Positions 30,695-40,641 of a stretch of 64,000 bases of DNA are shown here, in pieces. The notes below the pieces were generated by a model. That model was not told the DNA's origin. It saw nothing but the letters and a program-made list of their open reading frames with translations, and did no database searches. The translations under genes and the position numbers were made by a program. Numbering within the stretch: the first letter of the stretch is position 1; every line of letters begins with the position of its first letter. Source of the DNA: an uncultured Bacteroidales bacterium (GTDB taxonomy: Bacteria > Bacteroidota > Bacteroidia > Bacteroidales > UBA932); contig ONKO01000005.1 in the NCBI GenBank assembly GCA_900318445.1, forward strand, positions 31,631 to 95,630, written 5' to 3'.

Positions 30695-30832
30695 AGTTAT
30701 GTGTTGCTTTACAAATTTACATACAAAGTGACGATTTACCAACGACTTCCGGCCACTTTTCCTCCGAACCGTTCATTAATTGCGACGAATGTATCAAAAA
30801 TTCGTATTTTTGTACCAGATAAACTGACGAAA

Positions 30833-31906
30833 ATGAAAAAACTGCTGCTGAGTATTTCCCTTCTCCTGTGCGGCCTTGCCGCCCCGGCACAGGAAGGATA
30901 TGTATATACGGACGCGTCCGTCTTCCCCGTCTACGGCAAGGCGCACAGTGAGGAAGGCCCCCGTTACCGCCGGCTGCCGGAACGCCTCCACGGCGTAATC
31001 CGGGACCAGCTCTGGGACCTCGGCACCAACTCGGCCGGGCTCTATATCCGCTTCCGCACCAGCGCGCCCTCCATCTATGCCCGCTGGACCAACACGGGCT
31101 TTCACATGCCGCACATGACCGACTGCGCCGTGGGCGGCCTGGACCTCTATGTCCGCATAGACGGCCAGTGGCGCTTTGTGGGATCGGGGTTCGAATGGGG
31201 CGCCATCAAGGCCGATCACCAGAAAAAACTGGTGGGAAACATGGAGCCTCAGGAACGGGAATACATGCTGTACCTGGCCCTTTATGACGAAGTGAAGTCC
31301 CTGGAGCTGGGTGTCCCGGAAGGTTACACGCTGGAGCAGCCCCTCGTGGAAAGCCCGGTCGCAGACAGCCCTGTTGTCACATACGGCACTTCCATCCTGC
31401 AGGGCGGCTGCGCCTCGCGTCCCGGCATGGCCCACACCAATATCCTGGCCCGGCGCCTGGACCGAACCGTCATTAATCTGGGCTTCAGCGGAAACGCCTT
31501 CCTGGACCTGGAGATTGCAGAACTTATGGCCTCGGTGGAAAAACCGGCCGTGTATGTACTGGACTATGTACCCAACGCAAAGCCCGCGCGCATCCGGGAA
31601 AACGGAGAGAAGTTCTACCGCATCTTAAGGAATGCGCACCCGTCTACTCCCATCATCTTTGTAGAAGATCCCCTCTTTCCCCACGGTATTGTAGATAAGG
31701 CCATCGCCGAGGAAGTGCGGGGCAAGAACGAAGCCCAGAAGGCCCTGTTTGAGAGCCTGCAGGCCGCCGGAGAGAAAAACATCTACTACCTCGGAGCGGA
31801 AGGCATGACCCTTCCCGAGGATTTTGTGGACGGCGTCCACTTCACCGACCAGGGCATGGTCCATTACGTGGAACACCTCCTGCCCCTTCTGGAGAGCGTT
31901 CTGTAA
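30833..31906 (+). CDS. SGNH/GDSL hydrolase (GxDLY N-domain)
   Basis: Signal peptide MKKLLL, GGLDLY, YGTSILQG, NLGFSGN, DGVH. Confidence 0.88.
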   Translation: MKKLLLSISLLLCGLAAPAQEGYVYTDASVFPVYGKAHSEEGPRYRRLPERLHGVIRDQLWDLGTNSAGLYIRFRTSAPSIYARWTNTGFHMPHMTDCAVGGLDLYVRIDGQWRFVGSGFEWGAIKADHQKKLVGNMEPQEREYMLYLALYDEVKSLELGVPEGYTLEQPLVESPVADSPVVTYGTSILQGGCASRPGMAHTNILARRLDRTVINLGFSGNAFLDLEIAELMASVEKPAVYVLDYVPNAKPARIRENGEKFYRILRNAHPSTPIIFVEDPLFPHGIVDKAIAEEVRGKNEAQKALFESLQAAGEKNIYYLGAEGMTLPEDFVDGVHFTDQGMVHYVEHLLPLLESVL

Positions 31907-32823
31907 TGGAAGCCACGGTCGTCAAGAACGCAGGCAGCCATTACCTGCTGTCTCCCCTGCCGGAATGGAAACTGTTTCCGGCCGTGCTGCGCGGTAAAAT
32001 CCGCCTCAAGGGCAGTTCCATCACCAACCCCATCGCCGTGGGAGACCGCGTGGAGTATATTCCGGACGGGGATACCGCCGTCATCACGGAAGTTCTTCCG
32101 CGCCGCAACTACCTCATCCGACGCTCTACCAACCTGTCCCGGCAGGCACACATCATCGCCGCCAACCTGGACCGCGCCTATGTGGTGGTATCGCTGTATT
32201 TCCCGGAGGTAAAACTCCCCTTCCTGGACCGCATCCTTGTCACCTGCGAACTCTACGGCATACCCGCCACCATCGTCCTTTCCAAGACCGATATGTACCG
32301 GGAAATGGCGGCCGATGAGCTCACGCATTTCCGGAGCATCTACGAGGGCGCGGGATATCCGGTCCTGGAAACGTCCGTGCGCACCGGAGAAGGCATCGAA
32401 GCACTCCGGGAAGCCTGCAAGGGGCACGTCAACCTGTTTTCCGGAGAGTCCGGCGTAGGAAAATCGTCCCTTATCAAGGCCCTGGACCCTTCACTGGATC
32501 CCAAGGTTGGCGCCATATCGGCCGCCCACCTGCAGGGCAAGCATACCACCTCCCTCTATGAGATGTATCCGCTTTCTTCGGGCGGCTACGTCATTGACTC
32601 CCCCGGCATCCGCGGCTTCGGCCTGGTCGACGTGGAGAAAGAGGAAATCGCCCGCTATTTCCCGGAAATGCTGCGGGCCTCCGAAGGCTGCCGGTTCACC
32701 CCCTGCACCCATACCCACGAGCCCGGTTGCGCCGTCAAGGCGGCCGTAGACGCCGGCCTCATTCCTCCGGAACGCTACAATTCCTACCTGGGCATGCTGG
32801 AGGAAGACAAGAAATTCCGATGA
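31906..32823 (+). CDS. rsgA: ribosome small subunit-dependent GTPase A
   Basis: SKTD, GESGVGKSS, GKHTT, DSPG, CRFTPCTHTHEPGC. Confidence 0.95.
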   Translation: MEATVVKNAGSHYLLSPLPEWKLFPAVLRGKIRLKGSSITNPIAVGDRVEYIPDGDTAVITEVLPRRNYLIRRSTNLSRQAHIIAANLDRAYVVVSLYFPEVKLPFLDRILVTCELYGIPATIVLSKTDMYREMAADELTHFRSIYEGAGYPVLETSVRTGEGIEALREACKGHVNLFSGESGVGKSSLIKALDPSLDPKVGAISAAHLQGKHTTSLYEMYPLSSGGYVIDSPGIRGFGLVDVEKEEIARYFPEMLRASEGCRFTPCTHTHEPGCAVKAAVDAGLIPPERYNSYLGMLEEDKKFR

Positions 32824-34190
32824 AACTCAGCCGCGAAATCCTTCGCTTGGCTGTTCCCAGCATCCTGGCCAATATCACCGTTCCCCTGGTGGGCATGGTG
32901 GACATTGCCGTGGTGGGACACCTGCCCGTAGAGTCATCGGCCACCCTCATCGGCGGCATCTCCATCGGCACCATGCTCTTTGACCTGCTGTACTGGAACT
33001 TCGGATTCCTCCGGGCCGGGACGGGCGGGCTCACGGCGCAGGCCTACGGACGGGGAGAGGACACCGGCGGCATCCTGGAAAGGGCGCTCCGGCTGGCACT
33101 CTCTTCGGGACTGGTCCTGATTGCCCTCCAGTGGGCCGTGGTGTGGCTCGCGTTTCTCATAGTAGACTGCAGCCCCGAGGTTCGCGCCCTGGCCTCACAG
33201 TACTTCTACATCCGCATCTGGGCGGCTCCGGCAACGCTTTCGCTCTTTGCCTACAAAGGCTGGTTCATCGGCCTGCAGGACTCGGTGCGTCCCATGACGG
33301 CCGACCTCCTGGTGAACGGCGTCAACATCCTCCTGTCCATCGTCCTGGGCATGCGGATGGGCTTCGCGGGGGTGGCCATCGGCACAGCCGCCGCCCAATG
33401 GTGCGGCTTCCTCTATTGCACCCTGGCTGCCCGTCGCCGTTTGCGAATCGGCCATAAATCCCTCATCCTCAGCAGTTTACGTTTTTCTCTTTCGCCTGTT
33501 CAGCCTAAAGAGAAAAACTTAACTAACGATAACACAGCGAGTTATAGTGCGAGCGCCTTTTTCACGCTGAACCGGGATCTGTTCTTAAGGTCCGTCGGGC
33601 TTATTGCCGTGTACATTGGTTTTACGGTGCTGAGCGCGCGGTACGGGGACCTCATGCTGGCCGTCAGCGCCATCCTGATGAAGCTGCTCATGATCTTCAG
33701 CTACTTCACCGACGGGTTTGCCTATGCCGGCGAGGCCCTTGCGGGCAAGTTCATCGGGCAGGGGCGGGCCGATGGCCTTCGCGCCACCATCCGCCAGACG
33801 TTCGCGTGGAGCGGCGGCGTGGCGGCCCTGTTCATGGTGCTCTACGGCGTGTGTGGAGTGCCGCTTTTCCGCCTCATGACCTCTGACGCAGCGGTAGTGG
33901 AAGCAGGGCGGCAGTTCCTGCCGTGGCTGCTCCTGATGCCGCCCATCGGCTGCGCGGCCTTCATGTGGGACGGAATCTATATCGGCGCCACCGCATCAAA
34001 AGAGCTCAGAAACAGTACGCTTCTTTGCGCTGCGGGCTTTTTTGCCGTATGGCTATGCGGCCTGGCGCTTTTTGGCGGCCGCTCGGTGGCACCCGAAACC
34101 GCCATCCACATTCTCATGGCCGCATACTTTGCGCACCTTGCGGTGCGAACCATTTACCTCACGGCAAGAAAAAGCGCAGTACATATCTAA
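32820..34190 (+). CDS. MATE (DinF-like) efflux transporter carrying an in-frame 90-bp element
   Basis: LAVPSILANITVPLVGMVD, GFLRAGTGGLTAQAYG, DGFAYAGEAL; start ATG 32820. Confidence 0.9.
   Translation: MKLSREILRLAVPSILANITVPLVGMVDIAVVGHLPVESSATLIGGISIGTMLFDLLYWNFGFLRAGTGGLTAQAYGRGEDTGGILERALRLALSSGLVLIALQWAVVWLAFLIVDCSPEVRALASQYFYIRIWAAPATLSLFAYKGWFIGLQDSVRPMTADLLVNGVNILLSIVLGMRMGFAGVAIGTAAAQWCGFLYCTLAARRRLRIGHKSLILSSLRFSLSPVQPKEKNLTNDNTASYSASAFFTLNRDLFLRSVGLIAVYIGFTVLSARYGDLMLAVSAILMKLLMIFSYFTDGFAYAGEALAGKFIGQGRADGLRATIRQTFAWSGGVAALFMVLYGVCGVPLFRLMTSDAAVVEAGRQFLPWLLLMPPIGCAAFMWDGIYIGATASKELRNSTLLCAAGFFAVWLCGLALFGGRSVAPETAIHILMAAYFAHLAVRTIYLTARKSAVHI
33455..33544. repeat. 90-bp element, core type A (copy 5), intragenic and in frame
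   Basis: TAAatcccTCATCCTCAgcagtTTA + core TTTTTCTCTTTCGCCTGTTCAGCCTAAAGAGAAAAA + taactaacGATAACACAgcgagTTA. Confidence 0.82.
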
Positions 34191-34228
34191 AAAATCCCCG
34201 CCTCCAGAGATGGAAGCGGGGATTATTA
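34189..34228. terminator. bidirectional terminator between MATE and TonB-dependent receptor
   Basis: AATCCCCGC-TTCC/CTCC...GCGGGGATT stem with A/T flanks between convergent genes. Confidence 0.7.
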
Positions 34229-34247
34229 TAGCAGTTTTCTAAGAGAC

Positions 34248-37200
34248 TTAGAAGGAGTAGCGGACGTTCAGGAGCATCTGCCAGGTGGAAGCAAGGCCGT
34301 TCATGGGCTTCCAGGTAGGAGCAGTGAACGTGTATTTACCGCCCTCATATTTGAGGATAGCGTTGGAGCTCAGCGTCTGGTAAACACCCCAGTTGCTGTT
34401 GAGCATGTTACCGAGGTTCTTGATATCCAGGCCCACCTCGATGGTCTGCTTCTTGCCGGCGATGTTAAAGTACACCTCCTGGGCAACGCGGACGTTGATG
34501 CGGTTCAGGAAAGGAGCCACCATGCCGTTACGCTCGCTGTACTGGCCGCGGTGCTTGCTCAGGTACTTGTCGGAAGCGATGAACTCTTCGTAGGCAAGCT
34601 TGTTGCCGGCATCGGCGAAAGGCATGCTTTCCAGCTGCTCGGCAGTAGGGATGTAGATGAGCTGGGAAGCCTTACCGGCACCGCTCACGTTGTTCATGAG
34701 GTAGCTGAAGCGGCTGTAGCTGAAGTTACCCATGTAGGCAATGTTGTAGCCCTCATAGAAAGCGCTCAGCTTGGTAGCAGTGTGACGGCCTTCGCCAATG
34801 GTGTAGGAAGCGTTGGCGATCACACGGTTAGGGGATACATAGTAGGCGTAACCCAACATAGGCTCGTTGACGCCGTTGATGGTCTGGATGTTACCAAATT
34901 CGGAGATCTGGTCACCGGCACCGTCGGAGAGAGTCTTGGAACCGCTGCGGGTGTAGGCGGCGGAGAGGTCGAGACCGAAGGGGAAGGACTTGCTCAGCTG
35001 AGCGGTAACGGAGTAGTAGATACCGTGACCGGCGTTGTTCACATTGTGCACATAGTAGCCGTTCATGGTCTTGCCATCGCTGTTCTTTACGCCTTCGGCC
35101 ACCCACTTGTTGCGGGCCTCAGGCTCGCCGGGAAGCTGGACGGTACCCTCCTGCTTGTAACCGAGGGAAGTAGCGTAAACCTCGTTGAAATTGTAGCTGA
35201 ATACACCTTCCACGGTACCCTTGATACCCCAGGGCAGGTTCGCGTCAACACCGAGGGAAGTCTTCCAGGAAGCAGGCATCTTGAGGTCTTTGGCGATGAT
35301 GGTGGTGCTGGTGGGAGCGGTCAGTGCCTTCTTCTCCCAGCCACCCTTGCTGTTCCAAAGGTTGTTGATGATCTCGGAACGGTCGGCGTAGAAAGCAGGA
35401 ACGTCGGCGTTCTTCTTGGCAATGTACTGATACTGCAGCACGTTGGAGTTACCCATGGCAGAAACCAGCCACACGTTGGGGATACGGCCGGTGAAGATAC
35501 CGGTACCGCCACGGACAACCAGGGAACGGTCCTTCAGGACATCCCAGTTGAAGCCGATACGGGGAGACACGCTAATGGTGGTCTTGGGGAGGTCGGCGGT
35601 GGAAAGGCCGGCGAAAGAGCTGTTCGGATTATTCTCAGCTACTTTGGCGAAGTCCTCGTTGAGGTTGTTGTTCGGGTTTTTGACGATGGGCATTTCGAGA
35701 CGCAGGCCGGCGGTAAGCTTGAAGTAAGGAGAGAAGGTAATCTCGTCCTGAGCGTACAGGGAAGCCTGGGAGTAGTCGAAGGTAGGATAGGTCTGGGAAG
35801 TAGGATCGTCCAGGTTGGCGTGGGTAATCATGAAGGCGGAAGCCATAGGCTTGGTGCCCTTGCTCTCGACGTCGGTCTTGAAGGACTCCCAGCTGTCATA
35901 CACATACCAGCCGGCGCCGCCCTGCATGAAGCCGTTCTTGGCGCGGTTCCACTCGAACTGGGCACCTACGATGATGTTGTTGATGCCGGCGTTGAAGCTG
36001 TACTCGTCGGTAGCGGTGACGGTGTTCACGTCACGGAGGTTACCGTAGGTGAAGGGATCGATACCGATGGTGGTAAGGACACCATACTTGTCACTGCTGC
36101 CAGTGGGCATACCATCGTTGGACATAATGTCTACCGTGGGGAAGGTGCTGCCCTCGTAGGAACGGGGCTCGAACTGGTGGGAGTAAGCCACACGCAGCAT
36201 GTTGTTGCCCTTGCCCAGACGGGAGTTGAGCTCGGCGGCGATGGAGGTGAAGTTCTGCTCCTGATAGTAGCGGGCGGCCTCATAGAAGAGAGCGTAAACG
36301 CTCTGGCGGCCGGCGCTGTTGCGGTTGAAGGAAACGTCCTCGCCGTTAGGGCCGACGAAGGAGGAATCGTTACCGCCTACGGGGCTCATGGAAGTAGAAG
36401 GCATGGAGGAGTAGAAGTTCTTGGTGTGGCTGAAGCGGACATTGAGACGGTTGGCGTCGTTGATGTTCCAGTCCAGACGGGCCATTACCTTCCAGTCCGG
36501 AGTCTTGAGGTCGTAACCCTGGTAGCGTCCGGGGTTGTAACCGAATTTTTCCTGAACGTAGGCAGCCATGGCATCCATCTGCCCAACGGTAGGACGGTTG
36601 GCAGAGATATCGGCAGCGAACGGATCGGAAGCGCTTGCGCGGGCTACGCGGGTAGAACCGGCAGTGGTATCGAAGGTGTACTCACCGTTCACGAAGAAGA
36701 ACAGCTTGTTCTTGATGATGGGACCACCGATGGAAGCACCGATGGTATGATTGAGAGACTTGCTGCGGGCAACATCCTTACCGGCCACCTTGTAACCGTT
36801 GAAGGCGTCGGAGGTATAGTAGTCGTATACGGAAGCGTGCCACTCGTTGGTACCGGACTTGGTAACAGCGTTGATGGAACCGCCGGTGAAACCGCTCTGG
36901 CGGACATCGAAAGGAGTGACGTTCACGTTGATCTGCTCCAGGGCGTCCAGGGAGATAGGAGAACCGCCGGCAGGGAGGTTCTGGCCGATACCGAAAGCGT
37001 TGTTGAAAGCAGCACCGTCAACGGTGACGGAGGAACCGCGGTAGTTACCGCCGCCCACTGCGAAACCGCTGGTGGAGGAAGAAGCCTGGGGAGTGAGGGC
37101 CATGATGTCGTTCATGCTGCGGGAGACCGTAGGGATGCTCTGGATCTGGCGGGAGGTGATGCTGGTGGCAGCACCATTGCGCTCGCGGCGGAAACGGGAC

Positions 37201-37577
37201 TCATCGGCTACGACCACAGCTTCGGAGAGCTGCTCGGAAGCCTCGGCCATCCAGGCATCGAGGGTGGTCTGCTCACCCAGCTGCATGGTGACATCGTTGA
37301 AGATGACGGTCTGATAACCCAGGTTGGAGATCTCGATGGTGTAAGGGCCACCGGCGCGCATACCGGTAATGTAGTAACGGCCATCGACGTTGGTCACGGC
37401 ACCGTAGGTGGTACCGGAAGGAGTGTGCGTTGCAATAACTGCAGCACCAATCACAGTTTCTCCCTTTTCGTCGGTAATCTTACCACCGAGGGAGGACGTG
37501 GTCACCTGAGCAAAGGCGACACCGCTCGCAATCAGCGTAGTGACTGCAAGCAGAAGAGTTTTGAAGAGATTCTTCAT
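34248..37577 (-). CDS. TonB-dependent receptor (Oar-like, N-terminal carboxypeptidase-regulatory domain)
   Basis: Signal peptide, PFDVRQSGFTGGSINAVTKSGTN, C-terminal RYSF; no SusD gene follows. Confidence 0.9.
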   Translation of the reverse strand: MKNLFKTLLLAVTTLIASGVAFAQVTTSSLGGKITDEKGETVIGAAVIATHTPSGTTYGAVTNVDGRYYITGMRAGGPYTIEISNLGYQTVIFNDVTMQLGEQTTLDAWMAEASEQLSEAVVVADESRFRRERNGAATSITSRQIQSIPTVSRSMNDIMALTPQASSSTSGFAVGGGNYRGSSVTVDGAAFNNAFGIGQNLPAGGSPISLDALEQINVNVTPFDVRQSGFTGGSINAVTKSGTNEWHASVYDYYTSDAFNGYKVAGKDVARSKSLNHTIGASIGGPIIKNKLFFFVNGEYTFDTTAGSTRVARASASDPFAADISANRPTVGQMDAMAAYVQEKFGYNPGRYQGYDLKTPDWKVMARLDWNINDANRLNVRFSHTKNFYSSMPSTSMSPVGGNDSSFVGPNGEDVSFNRNSAGRQSVYALFYEAARYYQEQNFTSIAAELNSRLGKGNNMLRVAYSHQFEPRSYEGSTFPTVDIMSNDGMPTGSSDKYGVLTTIGIDPFTYGNLRDVNTVTATDEYSFNAGINNIIVGAQFEWNRAKNGFMQGGAGWYVYDSWESFKTDVESKGTKPMASAFMITHANLDDPTSQTYPTFDYSQASLYAQDEITFSPYFKLTAGLRLEMPIVKNPNNNLNEDFAKVAENNPNSSFAGLSTADLPKTTISVSPRIGFNWDVLKDRSLVVRGGTGIFTGRIPNVWLVSAMGNSNVLQYQYIAKKNADVPAFYADRSEIINNLWNSKGGWEKKALTAPTSTTIIAKDLKMPASWKTSLGVDANLPWGIKGTVEGVFSYNFNEVYATSLGYKQEGTVQLPGEPEARNKWVAEGVKNSDGKTMNGYYVHNVNNAGHGIYYSVTAQLSKSFPFGLDLSAAYTRSGSKTLSDGAGDQISEFGNIQTINGVNEPMLGYAYYVSPNRVIANASYTIGEGRHTATKLSAFYEGYNIAYMGNFSYSRFSYLMNNVSGAGKASQLIYIPTAEQLESMPFADAGNKLAYEEFIASDKYLSKHRGQYSERNGMVAPFLNRINVRVAQEVYFNIAGKKQTIEVGLDIKNLGNMLNSNWGVYQTLSSNAILKYEGGKYTFTAPTWKPMNGLASTWQMLLNVRYSF

Positions 37578-37677
37578 AAATAAAATAGGTAGAATAAATA
37601 TTGATACTAACGTATTCTCCACTAAAACGGCCGCAAAGATAATACTTTTTAAGGATAAAAAAAAGAAAGGCTTTCCC

Positions 37678-38985
37678 TTATAACTGGAAAGCCTTCTTAA
37701 TCATATCTACGCTGTCGAGTAACTCCCACCCGAAGAACTGGACAATCTTCTCTGTTCCCTGCACCTTAACTGTCTTCGTATAAGGCTTCCGGCCCATGTG
37801 CCCGTAGGCGGCCGTAGGGGAATAAATGGGATTCTTAAGTCCGAATTTCCGGATGATGGCAGAGGGCCGGAGGTCGAAGATATCGGCCACCTTCGCGGCA
37901 ATCTCTCCGTCGGAGAGGCCTTTTGCCGCCGTGCCGTACGTATCTACGAAAACGCTCACGGGCCGGGCGACGCCAATGGCGTAGGCCAGCTGCACCAGGC
38001 ACTGGTCGGCTACGCCGGCGGCTACCAGGTTCTTGGCAATGTAGCGGGCGGCATAGGCGGCACTGCGGTCTACCTTGGACGGGTCCTTGCCGGAGAAGGC
38101 TCCGCCGCCGTGCGCTCCCCTTCCGCCGTAGGTGTCCACAATGATCTTGCGGCCGGTGAGACCGGTATCACCGTGGGGGCCGCCGATGACAAATTTGCCG
38201 GTGGGGTTCACGTGGAGGGTATAGTCGTGGATGAGGGCTGCGGTCTCGGCCGGCAGCTCTGCCTTGAGGCGCGGGATGAGGATGTTTTCCACATCGGCCT
38301 TGATCTGGGCCTGCATGGCGGCGTCCACGGCAGCCTGGCCAAACTGGGCCACGGCTTCCTCGTAGTTCATCTTTCCGAGGGATGCCGGCACAAATTCGTC
38401 GTGCTGGGTGCTCAGGACGATGGTGTCCACCTTCACGGGCTCATGCGTTTCCCCGTCATATTCGATGGTAAACTGACTCTTGGCGTCGGGACGCAGGTAA
38501 GGCATGAGGGCCAGCTCATGGTGGCGGATATCGGCAAGGATGAGGAGAATCTTGTGGCTCAGGTACAGCGGCAGGGGCATGTAGTCCTCGGTGTCGCGGC
38601 AGGCATAGCCGAACATCATGCCCTGGTCTCCGGCGCCCTGCTCCTCCTCGGAGGCACGTTCCACGCCGCGGTTGATGTCGGCGCTCTGCTCGTGGATGGC
38701 GCTGAGCACACCACAGCCGTTGGCGTCGAACATATACTCGGCCTTGGTGTAACCGATTTTGCGGATGGTATTACGAACGGTAGTCTGGATATCTACATAG
38801 GCCTCGGCCTTCACCTCTCCCATCACCACCACCATGCCGGTAGAGCAGAAACTCTCGCAGGCCACCTTGGCCTCCGGGTCCTGCTTGAGGAACTCATCCA
38901 GGATGGCGTCACTGATCTGGTCGGCCACTTTATCCGGATGGCCTTCGCTCACCGATTCGCTGGTAAATAAGTAATTCTTAGCCAT
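37678..38985 (-). CDS. metK: S-adenosylmethionine synthetase
   Basis: [28 protein letters not shown]. Confidence 0.97.
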   Translation of the reverse strand: MAKNYLFTSESVSEGHPDKVADQISDAILDEFLKQDPEAKVACESFCSTGMVVVMGEVKAEAYVDIQTTVRNTIRKIGYTKAEYMFDANGCGVLSAIHEQSADINRGVERASEEEQGAGDQGMMFGYACRDTEDYMPLPLYLSHKILLILADIRHHELALMPYLRPDAKSQFTIEYDGETHEPVKVDTIVLSTQHDEFVPASLGKMNYEEAVAQFGQAAVDAAMQAQIKADVENILIPRLKAELPAETAALIHDYTLHVNPTGKFVIGGPHGDTGLTGRKIIVDTYGGRGAHGGGAFSGKDPSKVDRSAAYAARYIAKNLVAAGVADQCLVQLAYAIGVARPVSVFVDTYGTAAKGLSDGEIAAKVADIFDLRPSAIIRKFGLKNPIYSPTAAYGHMGRKPYTKTVKVQGTEKIVQFFGWELLDSVDMIKKAFQL

Positions 38986-38990
38986 AATAT

Positions 38991-39026
38991 AAAAAAATTA
39001 GCCCCGTGCGTATATGCGGAGGCTAA
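38991..39026 (-). terminator. terminator in the metK leader
   Basis: Minus strand TTAGCCTCCGC...CGGGGCTAA followed by TTTTTTT just before the ATG. Confidence 0.65.
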
Positions 39027-39054
39027 AAAACACAAAACACTGATATGAATGTAA

Positions 39055-39100
39055 TTTTAGCATTTTTTAACGTGGTTGCAAGCAGCCAAATCTATCCACA
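39055..39100 (-). ncRNA. SAM-II-class riboswitch aptamer
   Basis: Minus strand TGTGGATAGATTTGGCTGCTTGCAACCACGTTAAAAAATGCTAAAA: GTGG/CCAC stem, GATTT...TTGCA, A-tract, GCTAAA pairing with TTTGGC; upstream of metK; -7 box TACCTTTG at 39123-39116. Confidence 0.72.
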
Positions 39101-39170
39101 TATTTTTGGGGGCTGCAAAGGTAGAACAATTTTTTTAATCCACCAAATTTTTTTCATCTTTTTCACGTTT

Positions 39171-39230
39171 TGGACCAGGTTCGCCACTGCCATGGACCAG
39201 GTCCGCCACTATTTTGGACCAGGTCCAGGC
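39171..39230. repeat. 22-bp tandem repeat x3 (TGGACCAGGTYC...)
   Basis: Units start at 39171, 39193 and 39215; the last merges into the 117-bp repeat. Confidence 0.75.
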
Positions 39231-39331
39231 TTAGTCCCACCCTGTAACGCACTTTTGGTCCTTTTTCGCGTTACTGCCCACCCTTGAGCGGGACCTGTAA
39301 CGCGAAAAACCGGGAAAAACGCGTTATTGGT
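39215..39331. repeat. 117-bp multi-hairpin repeat, left copy
   Basis: Reverse complement of 40641-40757 with 5 transitions; four GTAACGCR/YGCGTTAY arms. Confidence 0.92.
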
Positions 39332-39340
39332 TATAAAGAA

Positions 39341-39796
39341 TCAATAGTCCCCGCGGTCCATCTCGCGCCGCACGTCCTTCTCCTTGATGGACTGGCGCTT
39401 GTCGTACTCCTTCTTACCCTTGGCCAGGGCGATGACCAGTTTGGCAAATCCGTTATCGGCAATGAAGAGTTTGACGGCGGCGATGGTGAGGCCTTTTTGC
39501 TTGTCGGCCTGCTGCAGATGGCGCAGTTCTTTCCGGTTCAGAAGAAGCCGACGGTCCCTTACGGGCTCGTGCTGGCCCCAGCTTCCCCAGTGGTAGGTTG
39601 CGATGTTCATGCCACGCACGAAGAGTTCGTTTCCTACAAAGAAGCAGTAGGCGTCCTGCAGGGAGCACTTCCCGGCACGGATGCTTTTAATCTCCGTACC
39701 CACCAGCTGGATGCCGGCGGTATAGGTTTCCAGGAACTCGTAATCGAACGAGGCCCGGCGGTTTTTGATCTGTATGGAACTCTTGGCTTTTGGCAT
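39341..39796 (-). CDS. smpB: SsrA-binding protein
   Basis: [31 protein letters not shown]. Confidence 0.96.
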   Translation of the reverse strand: MPKAKSSIQIKNRRASFDYEFLETYTAGIQLVGTEIKSIRAGKCSLQDAYCFFVGNELFVRGMNIATYHWGSWGQHEPVRDRRLLLNRKELRHLQQADKQKGLTIAAVKLFIADNGFAKLVIALAKGKKEYDKRQSIKEKDVRREMDRGDY

Positions 39797-39837
39797 AGGA
39801 TTGCAAAGGTAGCACTTTTTTCGTAATTTCGCCCTCT

Positions 39838-40641
39838 ATGAACAAGACACAGCTTCTCCCCGACCGCCCGGGCATTCCGCCCATGGCCAAGCTTCCGGAC
39901 CCCGAGACCGTGGATCCGGGAGAACTTCTCCGAGCCTATGAGTCCGGTGAAATTGACCTTATCTGTATCCTCGGCCCCACTGCCTCCGGTAAAACGCGGT
40001 ATGCGGTGGAGCTGGCCATGGCACTCGGAAAGGCCGAGATCCTCTCCGCCGACAGCCGCCAGGTCTACGCCGGCATGGACATCGGCACGGGAAAAGACCT
40101 TGGAGAGTACGGAGACATCCCTTATCACCTCATTGACATCGTCCCGGCAGGCATGAAGTTCAATATCTACCAGTATCAATCGGCCTTTGCCGATGCCTGG
40201 GCCGATGTCCGCCGCCGTGGCGCCATCCCCATCCTGTGCGGGGGCTCGGGGCTCTATATTGAATCGGCCACCCGCGCCTACAAGTTCGAAAAGGACAACG
40301 GCGTTCCGGCGAGCAGCCTCCCGCAGAGTGTATATTATATAGGTACGCTGGTGACCCGCGAAGAGCGTGTGGCGCGCATCGACCGCCGGCTGGAAGAGCG
40401 CCTCGAGGAGGGGCTGGTGGAAGAAATCCGGGGCCTGCTGGAGAGCGGCATACCGGCCGATGACCTTATCTACTACGGCCTTGAGTATAAGTTTGTGACG
40501 CAGTACGTACTGGGCCAGCTCAGCTATGAAGATATGGTTGTAGCCCTCGGGAACGCCATCCACCAGTTTGCCAAGCGCCAGATGACCTGGTTCCGGGGCA
40601 TGGAGCGCGACGGCGTACGCATCCACTGGGTGCGGCCCTGA
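39838..40641 (+). CDS. miaA: MiaA-like isopentenyltransferase, internally shortened
   Basis: GPTASGKT, SADSRQVY, GTGKD, GGSGLY, YYGLEYK, HQFAKRQMTWFR. Confidence 0.8.
   Translation: MNKTQLLPDRPGIPPMAKLPDPETVDPGELLRAYESGEIDLICILGPTASGKTRYAVELAMALGKAEILSADSRQVYAGMDIGTGKDLGEYGDIPYHLIDIVPAGMKFNIYQYQSAFADAWADVRRRGAIPILCGGSGLYIESATRAYKFEKDNGVPASSLPQSVYYIGTLVTREERVARIDRRLEERLEEGLVEEIRGLLESGIPADDLIYYGLEYKFVTQYVLGQLSYEDMVVALGNAIHQFAKRQMTWFRGMERDGVRIHWVRP

Noticed and set aside
28628-30832. N-terminal 735 aa of the 1092-aa plus-strand ORF
   Set aside because: Antisense to malQ. The real SGNH protein starts at ATG 30833 with a signal peptide, so this is not a fusion.
34551-37583. 1010-aa plus-strand ORF (also 7120-9540, 12804-15050, 21912-23402, 57011-58945)
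   Set aside because: Antisense shadows of well-supported genes.
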